Shown: one piece after another, positions 27,645 to 40,400 of the stretch
Layout: each line of letters begins with the position of its first letter
How positions within the stretch are numbered: the stretch's first letter is position 1
The notes under the pieces: generated by a model
The model's input: only the letters and a program-made list of their open reading frames with translations
What the model was told of the DNA's origin: nothing
Database searches by the model: none
Made by a program: the position numbers and the translations under genes
Assembly (NCBI GenBank): GCA_043815505.1
Contig: JBDRIV010000004.1
Coordinates: 186,051-250,050, forward strand
Reading direction: 5' to 3'
DNA from: a bacterium
GTDB lineage: Bacteria > Patescibacteriota > JABMPQ01 > JBDRIV01
DNA length: 64,000 bases

Positions 27645-29093
27645 TTATTTATTTTTCTTGCCACAATTGGTGCAGAAATTGGCGCCAATCGCTAATTGGT
27701 TTCCGCAGCTAGTGCAGAATTTTTTGCCCACATCTGGCTTATCTTTCTTAGTTGCCTTATTAACAGCTTCATCTTTAATTTCAGCATTTTGTTCTTCTTT
27801 GGTTTTTGGCGTTTTTGCATTCTGACTTGAAGTAGTTTTCTTCATTTTGAATAATCCATTTTGTCCAAATAAACTATCAAAACGCTGCTTAAAATTAAAT
27901 CCGCCTGATGTCCAATATGCAAACAAAGTTCCAGCTACACCGGCTGTAGCAGCTCCAGCTGCTTTTTTAGCATTATTTTTAGCCTCTGCCTTACTGGCTT
28001 CTATATCTATTACTTTTTCGGTATCTAATTTTCCGCCACCAGCCTTAGTAATTTTTTTTAATTCATCTTTAGCTGTTGTTTCTAGATTGTAACCGACAAT
28101 CTTAAAATCAATATCAATTGAAGCTGATTTCAATGAACTGGCAGCCGCAATAGGATCACCGGAGCAATTTTCTCCGCCGTCAGTATAGATTACTAATTTT
28201 CCTTTTTCGCCATGATGATTGTTCTCCAAATAATTCTTGCCTTTTTCTATAGATTCAGCCACTGGCGAAGCTCCTCCCTGAGCTGTTGCCTGATCAAGTG
28301 CATTGAGTATTTTTGAATAGTCCTGAGTAAAACCTTGTAGCATCGGTACGGTACCGCAGTAAGTGAACATAAAAAGGGCAGCCTCATCGTCAGTTTTAGA
28401 AAGTTTGTTTACCAGTTTTGTAACTTCCTCTTTGGCTGTCTTAATCTTTTCACCGGCCATGGATCCAGATGAATCAATTACAATTACTACCGACGTCCCA
28501 TCAATGGTACTGGTCACATCATCAGTATTATCCTGCTCTAATGGTTCAGGCAAAATAATACCATTTTGGGCAGCTTCATTAGAATTTCCCTTATCTCTTA
28601 AACCATACCAGCGATCAATAATAGCGTAATATGTTTCGTTATTCTTCGTCCAAGAAACATAAATACCATATTTTCTAACGCTGAAAATCTGGACATTATT
28701 GCCAACCATAGAAGCAAGATTGGTATCCAATGTAATAATTTTACCAACACTACTGGGATAATCGGTGGTAGCTGAAAGACAAATTACTTTCAGAGTTGAA
28801 TTGTTCATAAAAACTGCAAAAACAGAATTATCGGCTTCTTCTACTAAAAACCTACTATCGGTTGTTTTCAAATAACCGCTCTCATTTACTCGTCCGGAAT
28901 AATCCTGATAATCATAGTAAACCGTTTTTATATCTGGCTGTACATCAAAATTATAGGTTGTTCCCATGCCATCTTGAACCGATATATTCTGATTTTGAGC
29001 CGCAGTTACTCCTGCAATAAAAATTCCTATAACCACTAAAGTTAATATTGCCAATTTACTACCAGTTGAAATTTTTAAATTCTTTATGCTCAT
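27645..29093 (-). CDS. von Willebrand factor A (VWA) domain protein with a C-terminal double zinc ribbon
   Basis: 'VVIVIDSSGSMAGEKI' MIDAS motif. The C-terminus is 'KKFCTSCGNQLAIGANFCTNCGKK'. N-terminal signal anchor. Confidence 0.7.
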   Translation of the reverse strand: MSIKNLKISTGSKLAILTLVVIGIFIAGVTAAQNQNISVQDGMGTTYNFDVQPDIKTVYYDYQDYSGRVNESGYLKTTDSRFLVEEADNSVFAVFMNNSTLKVICLSATTDYPSSVGKIITLDTNLASMVGNNVQIFSVRKYGIYVSWTKNNETYYAIIDRWYGLRDKGNSNEAAQNGIILPEPLEQDNTDDVTSTIDGTSVVIVIDSSGSMAGEKIKTAKEEVTKLVNKLSKTDDEAALFMFTYCGTVPMLQGFTQDYSKILNALDQATAQGGASPVAESIEKGKNYLENNHHGEKGKLVIYTDGGENCSGDPIAAASSLKSASIDIDFKIVGYNLETTAKDELKKITKAGGGKLDTEKVIDIEASKAEAKNNAKKAAGAATAGVAGTLFAYWTSGGFNFKQRFDSLFGQNGLFKMKKTTSSQNAKTPKTKEEQNAEIKDEAVNKATKKDKPDVGKKFCTSCGNQLAIGANFCTNCGKKNK

Positions 29094-29109
29094 AAATTTA
29101 TTCTAGATA

Positions 29110-29682
29110 TTAGTTGGAGATGCTTGTAAAAGGCGGAAATTCCACTACGTAATCGGTTCCTTCTTCTTTGTTGCTGTAATAAATCCAAATTTCAACCTTT
29201 TTATTATTGGCATTCTTATAAATAGCACTTCTATTGCTGTCCTCACTTACTTTGTTCCAACCGAGATCAGGGAGTTCTTCTGCATAATAATCCAACACAG
29301 TTTTTCCGGTAGCTCCTTTAGGGGTTTTATAGGTTGCACTAACATATTCATCTTCATCGGTATATGCCCGCATGGTTGATTTGGGATAAATGGGAATATT
29401 AGCCACCTCTTTTACTGTTGAATTATCATCTTTGTCAGTCTTTGTACTATCATCAGTAGTTGTTTTATCGCTTTTACTTTCTTCGGGCGGCGTGTCCAAA
29501 TCAGATTTATCAAACGGAACTTGTGGTGTATCTAAAGTGACATCTTCATCATCAGCCTGATTTGTATTCTCTTGATCATTATTATTAAAAAAATAATTGT
29601 ATCCCCAATAGCCAGCGTAACCGATTGCTCCTAATAACAATACAATTATAATTATTATAATAATTATTTTTTTTGTTTTCAT
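29110..29682 (-). CDS. hypothetical signal-anchored protein
   Basis: 'KKIIIIIIIIVLLLGAIGYAGYWGY' TM helix followed by an acidic linker. Confidence 0.5.
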   Translation of the reverse strand: MKTKKIIIIIIIIVLLLGAIGYAGYWGYNYFFNNNDQENTNQADDEDVTLDTPQVPFDKSDLDTPPEESKSDKTTTDDSTKTDKDDNSTVKEVANIPIYPKSTMRAYTDEDEYVSATYKTPKGATGKTVLDYYAEELPDLGWNKVSEDSNRSAIYKNANNKKVEIWIYYSNKEEGTDYVVEFPPFTSISN

Positions 29683-29691
29683 ATTTTTGTG

Positions 29692-30435
29692 TTAATTAAC
29701 TGCTAGACAATCAATGCTTGCAATAACCCAGTCATCGTCGCTGATTTTCAGATTAAAATCCCACATATCTTTCATATTGCCGCCGTATTCTGCGCCGACG
29801 GTAACAATAGCTGTGTTACCAGAAATTTCGGCTGTACCTATATTTACACTAGTTGGTCCGTCTTGAATACAATACGATAACGGCACAAATCCCGGTGTAT
29901 CAATTTGTTGTTTAAGATTTGATGACAAATATTTTTTGGCGGCATCATAATCAACATTAGAATTTGGTAACATTCCCAGAGTATTATTTATATAATTAGT
30001 AACTACCTTTTCTGGTTTAATGCTTGGGGTGGTAGTTGTGTTATTTAAACTTGTATCAGTGTCATCATCAATATTTTTATCTGTTTCTTCATTAAACATT
30101 TCTTCCCAAAAATTTGGATTGTTTTCTATCTCATCTTGATACCAATTTCTGGCAACAATAAAACCCCAAATTGAGAGCCCTATTACAATAACTACAACTC
30201 CTAAACAGCCTAAACCAATTATTTTTCCCCCCGAATTTTTTTTCCTATTCGGTGAGACTACCGCATTTTCAGCCGGAGTTTCTTTAGGAACTTCCTCTTT
30301 TTGAGGCGTTTCTTCTCTTTGAGGCGTTTCTTCTTTTTTATTTTCTTTTTGTTTTTCTGGAGAATTTACTGTTCCACATTTAGCGCAAAATTTAGCATTA
30401 TCTGCAAGCTTTTCTCCACATTTTGAACAATACAT
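29692..30435 (-). CDS. N-terminal zinc-ribbon, single-TM protein with an extracytoplasmic domain
   Basis: 'MYCSKCGEKLADNAKFCAKCG', a P/E/K-rich linker, a TM helix and a ~130-aa C-terminal domain. Confidence 0.55.
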   Translation of the reverse strand: MYCSKCGEKLADNAKFCAKCGTVNSPEKQKENKKEETPQREETPQKEEVPKETPAENAVVSPNRKKNSGGKIIGLGCLGVVVIVIGLSIWGFIVARNWYQDEIENNPNFWEEMFNEETDKNIDDDTDTSLNNTTTTPSIKPEKVVTNYINNTLGMLPNSNVDYDAAKKYLSSNLKQQIDTPGFVPLSYCIQDGPTSVNIGTAEISGNTAIVTVGAEYGGNMKDMWDFNLKISDDDWVIASIDCLAVN

Positions 30436-30567
30436 TACCCTCTTTTAATGATTTTGTTATTTCTATTATACAATAGATAAATAATTGAAGCAATACCTTT
30501 AATTCACAACCTGACTTTTCTAAAATTTATAAAGAGTGTAAAATAAGTAATGACTTAATGAAACATT

Positions 30568-31116
30568 ATGAAAAAGTGGTTCATAACAACTATAATAATT
30601 ATTGTCTTATTAATTTTGTTTCCTGTTGCTTGGTATTATTTTGATTTAAATTGGCCGTGGTCTGACTTAGGTGAAGATGATTTAAACAATAATGATTCGG
30701 GAGAATTTGTTTCGTATTCAGAAAACTGCAATAACCTAGTCAATAATTCTATTCCTCTAAAAGACAAACAAACTTTCTTTGATACTAATTACACAGCAGT
30801 GACTTTGACTTCACGTGATGCCTGGGATCAGGAAAAACTACCAGCTCAAGTAACAGAACTTGAAAGCCAGGACTATATTTGTTATCCGATGCCTTATGAT
30901 TTCTCTGAATACTCTGAACCGGCCGGCATAAATGCTGAATTGGAAGTCACTAAAGTACAATGGGACTGTGAGTTAGAATACAACGACTATAAATATTTAG
31001 AAAGTTCTGAAACAACAACGAGGGAAGATTTGGTAACAAATGGCTATTCCTGTAAGGAACAAGAATGTGAAGAAAATGACGGCACAGAGAGTTCTATCTG
31101 GTTATGCGCTAAATAA
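30568..31116 (+). CDS. hypothetical secreted Cys-containing protein
   Basis: N-terminal TM/signal. RBS-like 'aatgaaacattATG'. Confidence 0.5.
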   Translation: MKKWFITTIIIIVLLILFPVAWYYFDLNWPWSDLGEDDLNNNDSGEFVSYSENCNNLVNNSIPLKDKQTFFDTNYTAVTLTSRDAWDQEKLPAQVTELESQDYICYPMPYDFSEYSEPAGINAELEVTKVQWDCELEYNDYKYLESSETTTREDLVTNGYSCKEQECEENDGTESSIWLCAK

Positions 31117-31165
31117 ATTCACTAAAAAGAGCTAAAATTTACCTTAGCTCTTTTTTATTTAACTA

Positions 31166-31927
31166 TTATTCTGTAACACTAATCTTGTATGTCGCTTCAA
31201 TCTCTCCTTCCTCCAATGCTTTAGCTTCATCAATTCCCCAACTTTCGTATCCTTCACTATTCTCTTGATAATAAAATGGTGAGACATCAATGATATCAAA
31301 TTGATCTTTGTTAAATAAAGCATCATAATCAAATTCATCACAGGATCGATATTCAGCATGAGTATTGTAGAAGGTCTCCGTGGTCATGCCATATGATCCT
31401 ACTGGCGGCAAACAGCTACGATAATAATCAAAAGCAGAATCTAAGTTATCAGCCACAGCTATCGGATCTGGTAAACCGCTCTTATTGCAATATGCTCCAC
31501 CTATTGACCCACTAGAATATGTGCCCGATTGACCCTTTGTTTTCAGACTTCCAATATAATGATATCCCAAACCAACATCATTACTCGCTTGCTTTTGTGG
31601 TAAGGCCTCATCAATTCGTAATGCGTATATTATCTTTACTGGTGGCAATGCTTCCCCGTCAACCTCACTCTCCTCATCAATAACAATTCCTATTTGTCCT
31701 TCGAGTTTACCGCTTGTGGAAGATATGTCTAAAATTGTACCATTATACTTTTCTACCTCCGCACACTCACCAGCATTAGATGTTTTTGTTTTTTCTTCTG
31801 AGTTTATAGTTTTTTCTGTTTTTGTATCTTCATCACCAATTGAGTCTTGAGTAAATTTCCAAATAAGATATCCACCGATTGCCAGAACTATTATTAGTAT
31901 GATTATTATGATTGATTTCTTGTTCAT
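31166..31927 (-). CDS. hypothetical signal-anchored protein
   Basis: N-terminal TM 'IIIIILIIVLAIGGYLIW'. Confidence 0.5.
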   Translation of the reverse strand: MNKKSIIIIILIIVLAIGGYLIWKFTQDSIGDEDTKTEKTINSEEKTKTSNAGECAEVEKYNGTILDISSTSGKLEGQIGIVIDEESEVDGEALPPVKIIYALRIDEALPQKQASNDVGLGYHYIGSLKTKGQSGTYSSGSIGGAYCNKSGLPDPIAVADNLDSAFDYYRSCLPPVGSYGMTTETFYNTHAEYRSCDEFDYDALFNKDQFDIIDVSPFYYQENSEGYESWGIDEAKALEEGEIEATYKISVTE

Positions 31928-31963
31928 ACTTTTTATATAAATATTATGCTTCTATACTACCAA

Positions 31964-32017
31964 AAAACCGCCTGTTCAACAATCCTAGTTTTCTGTTTTG
32001 TTAAGGCGGTTTTTAGT
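31964..32017 (-). terminator. rho-independent terminator of 32028..33773, ending in the genome-typical 'ggcggttttttggtag'
   Basis: Minus-strand reading: 'aaaaccgcc...ggcggttttttgg' hairpin followed by a U-run. Confidence 0.6.
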
Positions 32018-32027
32018 TGTTTAAGCG

Positions 32028-33773
32028 CTAATTAGCAGATGGCATATCATCCCATACTTCTAAATCATCAATGCCGTGGTATATTCCTGCCGGCGGTGTG
32101 CCGTTGGAAAAATTAGCTTGGATGATAAAATGTCCAGCTTTTTCAATGTTGCCAAATTGACCACTATCGTCTATCCATTCTCCGGTCGCATTGTCTGCAG
32201 TTTCATTATCTTCATCAACCCAAATACGGGCAATAGCGGCATCAAAATCAAAGAAGAAAGACCATTTATGCCAATTACCATCATTAACATCTTCTACAGG
32301 AAAAGTGTCTAAGCCTGTGTTGGTTCCATATTGTAGTCTTACGTCAGTATCATCGCCATCAAAAATATCGTTAACAGTGGTGAGGAAAATTATATGAGAA
32401 TCTAATTCACTTTCATACGGATAACCGTATACTCTAATCCATTTGTTTTTTGGATAATAGGGGGGATTAGGCCACACAAAACCACTGTTGCGAGACCAGA
32501 ATCTGACAAACAGTTTTTCTGTATTAATATCTTCATCTATATCTAGACCGTTGGTGCTACAAGCCGAACCATTATATCCAATATTTCCTCTAACATTTAC
32601 CAAACCACAATCAATACCATCAACTTCTGGATTGAGAGGGATGTAGTTACCTTGGTCACAGGTAGTAGAGCTATCTGATCCACGGCTATCATTTTGCAGA
32701 AGGAAATAATTACCCGAATGTGGTGCCCAATTACTATAATTTTCTACAATTTCCGTAGCATGATCTTGCATACTACAATATTCCGGCTCACCGCTGGATA
32801 ATGGAAATCCTTCCGGTCGGGAATCAACTTCACCGCTAAAATTCTCAAACCCATAAGAGTAGAGCAGATTGGCATCACCTTGCTGTTCACAATCCTCAGG
32901 ACAAGTAACATAGTTCTCTCCTTCTTCACATTCACCATTGCCACATTCTGCTTCTTCACAATCAAAGTCCTCATCATCAATGTAGTTATCACAATCATTA
33001 TCAATTCCGTCGGAGCATTCAGTTTCGGTGGTAGTACATCTTTGTTCTAGGACTTGATAGACTACGTTACCCACTTTAGGGCGATAGTAAGAATCCCTTT
33101 TCAACCGAAAACCGAATTGAAAATATTGCCAGTCGTAAGTAACGGTAGAGGGAACTGATATAACATGAAAACCATTGGTTGTAATAGGAATGGAGTACCA
33201 AGACAAAGTACTGTCATCAACATCAGCTGCAAACTGTTCCTCTGATCCTCTAAGGAAAAAATCAAATTCGTTGTTACTACCAATAAATTTACTAAACTGA
33301 GAGAAATTGAGAGGAGAAAGGAGAGTAGTGAAAGCTACTTTAGAAAGACCGGTGGCGGCGCTGTCTTCATCACCAAGAGAATCAGTGTCTATTACTTCAG
33401 AAGTAACCTTTATAATTCCATTTTTAGCCGCAATAGCATTATTGAAACGAGGTAGTTGTTCATAATCTCCTTCTATATTAAAAGTAGTCATATCATAAGG
33501 AGTGTTGTGTTTAATATATTTACCGGGGACATAAACAGTGGGCTCACCACTAAGTCCACTGGCATCAAAGTTTGATTCTCTGATATCTTCGGGTGGAATG
33601 ATAGGAAGAACCGCTGCTCCAGCTACGGCCAGAGCAGAGATTATAAAGACACTCCAGACCATTAGCTTGAGGCGTTTTTTGGTTTTGGTTTGAGCGGTTG
33701 TTTGCTCTGTTTGGGTTTGTTTGACCATCATATTTTTGTTGTTATTTGTTTTATTTTGATTATTTTGAGACAT
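32028..33773 (-). CDS. secreted protein, paralog A of the 'MSQNNQNKTNNNK' leader family, with a Cys/Asp-rich 'DNDCDNYIDDEDFDCEE' putative metal-binding motif
   Basis: The N-terminal ~290 aa and the 5' DNA are near-identical to those of 44567..46609. The C-terminal part is unique. Confidence 0.65.
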   Translation of the reverse strand: MSQNNQNKTNNNKNMMVKQTQTEQTTAQTKTKKRLKLMVWSVFIISALAVAGAAVLPIIPPEDIRESNFDASGLSGEPTVYVPGKYIKHNTPYDMTTFNIEGDYEQLPRFNNAIAAKNGIIKVTSEVIDTDSLGDEDSAATGLSKVAFTTLLSPLNFSQFSKFIGSNNEFDFFLRGSEEQFAADVDDSTLSWYSIPITTNGFHVISVPSTVTYDWQYFQFGFRLKRDSYYRPKVGNVVYQVLEQRCTTTETECSDGIDNDCDNYIDDEDFDCEEAECGNGECEEGENYVTCPEDCEQQGDANLLYSYGFENFSGEVDSRPEGFPLSSGEPEYCSMQDHATEIVENYSNWAPHSGNYFLLQNDSRGSDSSTTCDQGNYIPLNPEVDGIDCGLVNVRGNIGYNGSACSTNGLDIDEDINTEKLFVRFWSRNSGFVWPNPPYYPKNKWIRVYGYPYESELDSHIIFLTTVNDIFDGDDTDVRLQYGTNTGLDTFPVEDVNDGNWHKWSFFFDFDAAIARIWVDEDNETADNATGEWIDDSGQFGNIEKAGHFIIQANFSNGTPPAGIYHGIDDLEVWDDMPSAN

Positions 33774-34052
33774 ATGATTATGCTAATAGTTGGTTTTATT
33801 GTAGCAGGAAATTGGCATTGAGTCAATGTTAGTTTTTTTATATTATTAAAATTAAACTATTTTTCTATCCACTTTTTGGCTAGGCAATTTTTATTCAAAA
33901 TTCAAGTTTCATACGTTAGTTTCTTAAAAAAAGTAAAACTGGGATTATAAATAATTGCCTTAAAATATCAAAATTGATTAATGTGCCAATTTGATTTATA
34001 CTTTAAGTAGAATATTTATCTTTTCACATTGTTATAATATAGGGAGATTACA

Positions 34053-34232
34053 ATGGCAAAATATGAAGATGAACCAGATATGACAAATGCAGCTTTCACT
34101 GTAAACACCAATCCTATCATCAATGGTAGCCACATTCCCAACAATATTCCTCGAATAACTCAAGGACACAAAATATTAGCAGAACTTAGACGCCTTTTAG
34201 AAGAGGCTGATGAATTTGACTTGTTAGATTGA
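34053..34232 (+). CDS. small hypothetical protein (59 aa)
   Basis: Not in the ORF track. It is preceded by a 'tataat' -10 (34033-38) and RBS 'agggag' 6 nt before the ATG. Stop is TGA. Confidence 0.45.
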   Translation: MAKYEDEPDMTNAAFTVNTNPIINGSHIPNNIPRITQGHKILAELRRLLEEADEFDLLD

Positions 34233-34466
34233 CCACTACAAAAAAGAAGTGATCAAGTATCATCCATATTTAAAAAAACCGGAACAGAATTATATCAATT
34301 TCTGTTCCCTTTTTTTACTTAAAATACAAACAGTTATAGTTTTTCCCGTTCTAATATGTTCACAGGATTATAAATAGAGTTAGTTTTATAAAATTTTGAT
34401 TATTTCCATCCTACTAAAAAAACCTCTAAATATTAGAGATTTCTTATTAATTCCACCTAAATTATA

Positions 34467-37400
34467 TTAAAATTCACTAGTTGTTATATTCAATCCCTCT
34501 CTCAAATTTTTATTATACACAAAGAAGCTCATTAAAACATTTGTCTCGGCATCAAAAGTCTTTACATGTGGACCTCCTCCCTGATCAGGAGCTGTTACTA
34601 TTTCTGCATTACCATCATTATTCATGTCGCCAACCGCTACATTAACTCCGCACGAATAATTTGAATCATAAGCAAAGAACGAAGATAATAATTTTGCATT
34701 TAACGGATTGAACACTTTAACATTAGGACCGTTTCCAGAGGAAACACCGGTTACAACCTCTACTGTTCCATCTCCTGTGAGATCTCCGGCTGCCACAGTA
34801 ACTCCGGTAAAATAATTTGTGCTATCATATGCTTTCCATTCTGATACTAATTCGGCTTGGTGATTAAATATTTTGACAGTAGCTGGAAAATAACCACCAC
34901 CACCAGAACCAACAATAATTTCTTCCCTGCCATTATTTGATGTATCACCAGTAGTTATGTATCCAGCTGCTCTTCCTGTATCTGGATAGGCAAAAAAACT
35001 ACTAAGCAGCTTTCCGGTTTGATCCCAAATTTTTACGTGAGCAGGAGCAGCTTTAGCAGGAATTGTAATTATTTCCTTTTGGCCATTACCATTTGTGTCT
35101 CCAACAGCCACTTTTATTCCAAAACGGGCATTGGAGCTATATGCCATGAATTGACTAAGAAGAACCCCATTTTGATCAAATATTCTAACTTGAGGTCCTC
35201 CTCCTCCACCTGGACCTGTTACTATTTCTGTTTTGCCATCCATGTTTAAATCTCCTGCCGCTACATTTACCCCGAATCGATAATTTGAATCGTAGGCAAA
35301 AAAAGTGGTTAATGGATCACCATCTTGATTATCAAAAACACTAACTTGGGGGCCATCACCCTGTCCGGCACCAACAACAATATTATGTGAACGTTTTAAA
35401 TTGGTCATGGAAACTGACGCCGATTTCGTATTATTTGCAAGATTACTATCTTCGCCATCACTAGAAACACTTACTGTGATAATAAAATCATTGGCTAATG
35501 AATTTGCATTTACAATAATTGTGATTTCATTCGCTTCTGCGCCGCTATCTATTATTGATGTCTCACAGGTTACTTCACCGTTCAATTCTTCACAGCTCCA
35601 GCCTGTTCCTGATGCTGAAATAAACGTGGAGTTTGGAGGTAGAATTATGGAAGCAACAACGTTTTCCGCTTCATCAGGACCATTATTGCTAATACTTATT
35701 CCGTAAGTAATGTTGTTTGTTGTCGGGTCCGCGCTAGTATTAATTTCCACTTTTAAATCAGTATTTTTATACGCTACCAAAACACTTTTTGAGGTAGTAT
35801 TATTTGTAATATCATCATCAGTGGTATTTGAACTTATAGTGGCTTGAGTAGTAATTGTCCCCTCTGTTTGAGGAGCTTTTATTTTTATAGAAATATTGTC
35901 ATTAGATGATGATTGCTTATTGAATATATTAATATTTTTTTCTTGCCTCCATATATCTACACTTGAACTGGCAGACAGAGATATTCTTGTACAAGTAACT
36001 TTCAAATTTGACTCATAACAACTCCAGCCGGTGCCAGAAGCAGAAACATATGTTGAACCTGATGGTAAGGTGGTTGTAGAAATTAAATTTTCGGCTTCAT
36101 TGGGACCATTATTGGTAATACTAACTGTATAAATAATTGAATCTCCCGGCTCGACGGATGAAGCGCTAGCATTGATTGATGTAGAAAGATCAGCTGATAA
36201 ACTATCATCATCTAATATAGTGTATGTATAATTTGTATTGGTGGTGGAATCACCACTCGCATCTCCAACTACAACATAGCTCGATGGATTCTGAAGGCCA
36301 AATATTATTGTTTCATTATTTTCTACTTTAGTATCGTTTTTAATAGTCAGAGGAATTGTCACCTTGGTTAGGGTTGTATAATCTGCGTTTGGTATAGTAA
36401 TTGTTTTGGGACTTGAAAATGTATAATCTGTTCCCGTTGTTGCCGTACCTCCCGTAACAGCTACTTTTATTGTTAATGTGCCACTATAACCAGTGGCATC
36501 TCCACCACTGACACTTAATTTAAATACTGGACTGGTTACCGTCTCTGACTTACTGTTTGTTGCCTTGGTAAATTCTACTGTTAAACCATCGTCCTCGGTA
36601 ATAGTAGCAGTTGCCGTTGATCGATTCGTTGTATCTTCATCGGCATCACCACTAATAGCACCGGCAGAGAAATTGTTCAGAGAAAGATTGATTGTTTCAT
36701 TCCCTTCCAAAAGATTATCGTCGGTTACAGTAATTGAAAAAGCTACAGATTGAACAGTTGTGTAATCTCCTATCGGGATTGTAACAGATATTGGACCAGC
36801 GACATAATCTGTTCCTGCTGTAGCAGTGTTATCAGCTAATACCACGTTCACACTTTCACTAGCTGCTATTATTCCTCCGCGCACACTAAGATTACCACTA
36901 ATAGAACCACTCGCCTCTGCTTCTGAGTAGGCTATATTATTGAACTCTACTAAAAGATAACTATGATCAGTAAAGTCTACTACGAAATCAGTCTTTGAAT
37001 AATTCGTAACATTGGCGGCCGAAGTTGTGTTGGTAAAGGCTCCATCTAGCCAGACTATTTCCAAATTAGATATATCGTCAGCATCAGTATGACTAGTAGC
37101 ATTACCAGTGAGGGAAACTTCTATGGTTGTTGCTCCTGTTCTATTTACCGAAGCACTTAGCCCTGCTGGTACATTGTTAACTTGAACATGAACACCAAGA
37201 GTTATTGGATCTACAAAGGTATCACCTGTTAAGGTAGCTGTGGTTGGATCATTGCCTATAGAGCCATCATTCGCTGCGTCCTCTGTAAAAGTAGTAACAT
37301 CATAAGCAATGCTTGGTTGATCAGCAAAGTCTACACCCAGAGAACTGGAAGCTGGTCCAGTAGCATTATCTACATTGGCTGCTGTAGTGGTATTGGTGAA

Positions 37401-40400
37401 AGCGCCATCTTGGAAAGCAAAAGTAATGTCAGCTACATCATCGGCATCTAAGTGATTGGTAGCATTACCAGTCAGAGTTAGAGTGGCTACTGTATCTCCT
37501 GCTGACAGGGTAATAACAGCGGTGAGTCCAGTTGGCACATCAGCTAATACCAGTTCTGTGGTTTCATCAAGAATATCATCAGTGTCTGTATCTTGATAAG
37601 TGTCACCTGTTAGAGTAGCAATAATTGATCCGGTGACGGAGCCATCATTGGCTGTGGCTTCAGTAAACCCTGCTCCTGTATAAGCAATGCTTGGTTGATC
37701 AGCAAAGTCTATTTGACCTGTATTGTCAGTATAACCAACAACATCACTGGCCGTTGCATTGTTTGTAAACACACCATCGACGAAGGTAACTGTAAGGTCA
37801 GCTACATCATTTGCATCCAAATGATTGGTGGCATTACCGGTGAGAGTAAGAGTTGCCACAGTAGAACTGGTTTTGGTTAACACTGCCGTTAAACCGGTTG
37901 GAACATTGGCTACAGTATAGTGGGTGGTTTCAGTAAAAGGATTACCATTGGCAATTCCAGCTATGTAGGTATCATTTGTTAGAGTGGCCGTTCTTGATCC
38001 CGTAACTGATCCATCATTCGCTGTGGCTTCGGTAAAATTTCCTGACCAGGCGATACTTGCCCCCCCTTCAGTAACAATAGAAAAATAATCACCGTCGGTA
38101 ACTGCGACGGTGTTCTTAGAATAAATGTTATCTGCTGCAATGGCATCGCCATTGCTCGCATCATCATAAAGTTGATACTCTATAGCACCACTAGAAAAAT
38201 CGCCATCAGCATCAACGAGAAGATAATAATTTGTTTGTGCAGCGGGAAGATCAAAGTCTGCGTCCTCTGCATCAATAGTAAATGTCACCGTACCAACATC
38301 GCCCGTTTCTTGAATTTTCCATACCCGGTCTAGAATTTCCCGACCTGTGGGGGCACCAGTTGTACTAAAGGTGGCAGCGCCATTATCATTTCCCCAAATA
38401 AGAGATTCTAGACTACCCTGATCTGTAGCTGAACCAATAGAAACAATTCCGTCTGCGTTTTCTGATTTTGAGGTAACTTGATTCAGTTCAGAATCAGTGT
38501 CTTCCTCTACACCCGCCACATCATTATGATAAGTCTGATTAACAGAGGCATCCCAAACTACGGTGTCATCACTTAAGACATAATCTCCTTCGTGAATACC
38601 ATCGGCGTTGGGAGCTTCAAAAGTGGTAGAGTCACCGTTATTGTCATTGGAGAGAGTAAGACCATATTTTAGCGCTAAATAGGATTCAATTTTTTGTAGG
38701 TCAGCTAAAGATACAGCATCGTCATAAACAATAGCTTCGGCGATTTTTCCGTCGAGGAAATTGGCGGAACGGTAAGCTCCGATTTGTAAATTACTAGTAG
38801 TACCTAAAAAACCCCCTGAATCAAGACCAGCATTTGCTTCCTCTTTCCCGTTAATATTAATAATCGTATCCACTAAACCGTTCCCATGCAACCCTGTCCC
38901 AATATAAGGCGTACTATCAAGTTGATCATTGGTGGTTTCTATGTCAAAGCTAGTACCATTACGTAAATTCATTCTTGCTGACCCGAGCCCAAAATTCATT
39001 GAATGGTTGCCGTTTGCTGGAGTTGATCCAGCAGAAATAAGGTTACCACTATAACTAGTATTATCACGAATAAAAACAACTACCTTAGTATAAGCATTAC
39101 CGTTGGGAATTATCCCTGCAGTTACCGTTTCCATATAATCGCTATTAGCGCCATTAAATTCTATTACGGGGTTAAAATTTATTAGATCAGTGGTTCCACT
39201 TTCATAAGTTGGTTCATTCCCACCAGGTGCTGAAACATCATTGCCGTAACCTGATTGATCTGACCAGCTGGTCAGATTGGCTCCGTCGATGACGGTGGAG
39301 GTTCCTGTATTTGCTTTAAGCCACCATTTTATGTTAGTTAAGACACCTCCAGGTGTACCGCTAATAAAATCAATAACAGCATCATCTTTCTCGTATCTTC
39401 CCACATCAATCGCTGACGCAGTTGTAGTAAAGGCGCCGTCTTGCCAAGTTATAGTTAGATCACTAACATCATCTAAATTATTATGATAAGTAGCATTACC
39501 AGTGAAAGTTAGGGTAGCAGTATCCCCAGGACCACTAACATTCATGACAGCAGTTAATCCAGCTGGTTTATTGGTCAAAATAAAGTGAACTCCTTCAGTT
39601 AGAGTACTGCCACCGTTAACAAAAGTGTCATCAGTGATAGTAGCTACAACTGATCCGGTAACTGACCCATCATTATTTGCACTTTCAGTGAAAGATCCGG
39701 AGTAAGCAATAAAGGGATCCATGGCTTCATCTATAAACGGATCGGCTGGTAAGTTATAAGTGCTGGAATCAGTTGGCACAGTTTCTCCGGCAGCGTCGTT
39801 GCTATCACCCAAACTAACTGTTACTGTTCCGGTGGCAGCCGCAGATAAAGTTATAGTAATTTCATCAGTAGCGGTACGATCAATACTATCGATGGCAACT
39901 GGGGTACCATTATTTTTAACTTCAAATCCTCCTAATCCAGATGTTGGCAAAAGAGGTAAATTGTCATCAGAGAAAGACATGGTAACCAAAGTATTAGTGT
40001 CATCAATAAAAGCATTGAGTAGTATGGGGCCACGACCATCAGAACCACCATAAAAATGTTCTTCTAGTGCTGCCCACCAACGATCAGCTGCAGTTTGTCC
40101 TTCAGCATCAGTAGTAAGATGAACACCATCAGCTAATGGCCCAAGATCATAGATTTGAGGTCCATAAAGAATACCAGCATTGTCATCCCAAGCTTCTATG
40201 GTAGCAGCACGGATACCACTAACATAATTGGGAGCTGTCCCTACTTGCCCGATTACTGCTGCCACCATAGGAGGAGCGCCGGGAAGATCAGCCGCCATGT
40301 CAGAAGCAACTTGATCAAACGCGGTATTATAATCATTTTGACTAACATTATTATTAGCATCTCGTTCTCCTTGATGCCACAAAACAGCTTTGACTGCATT

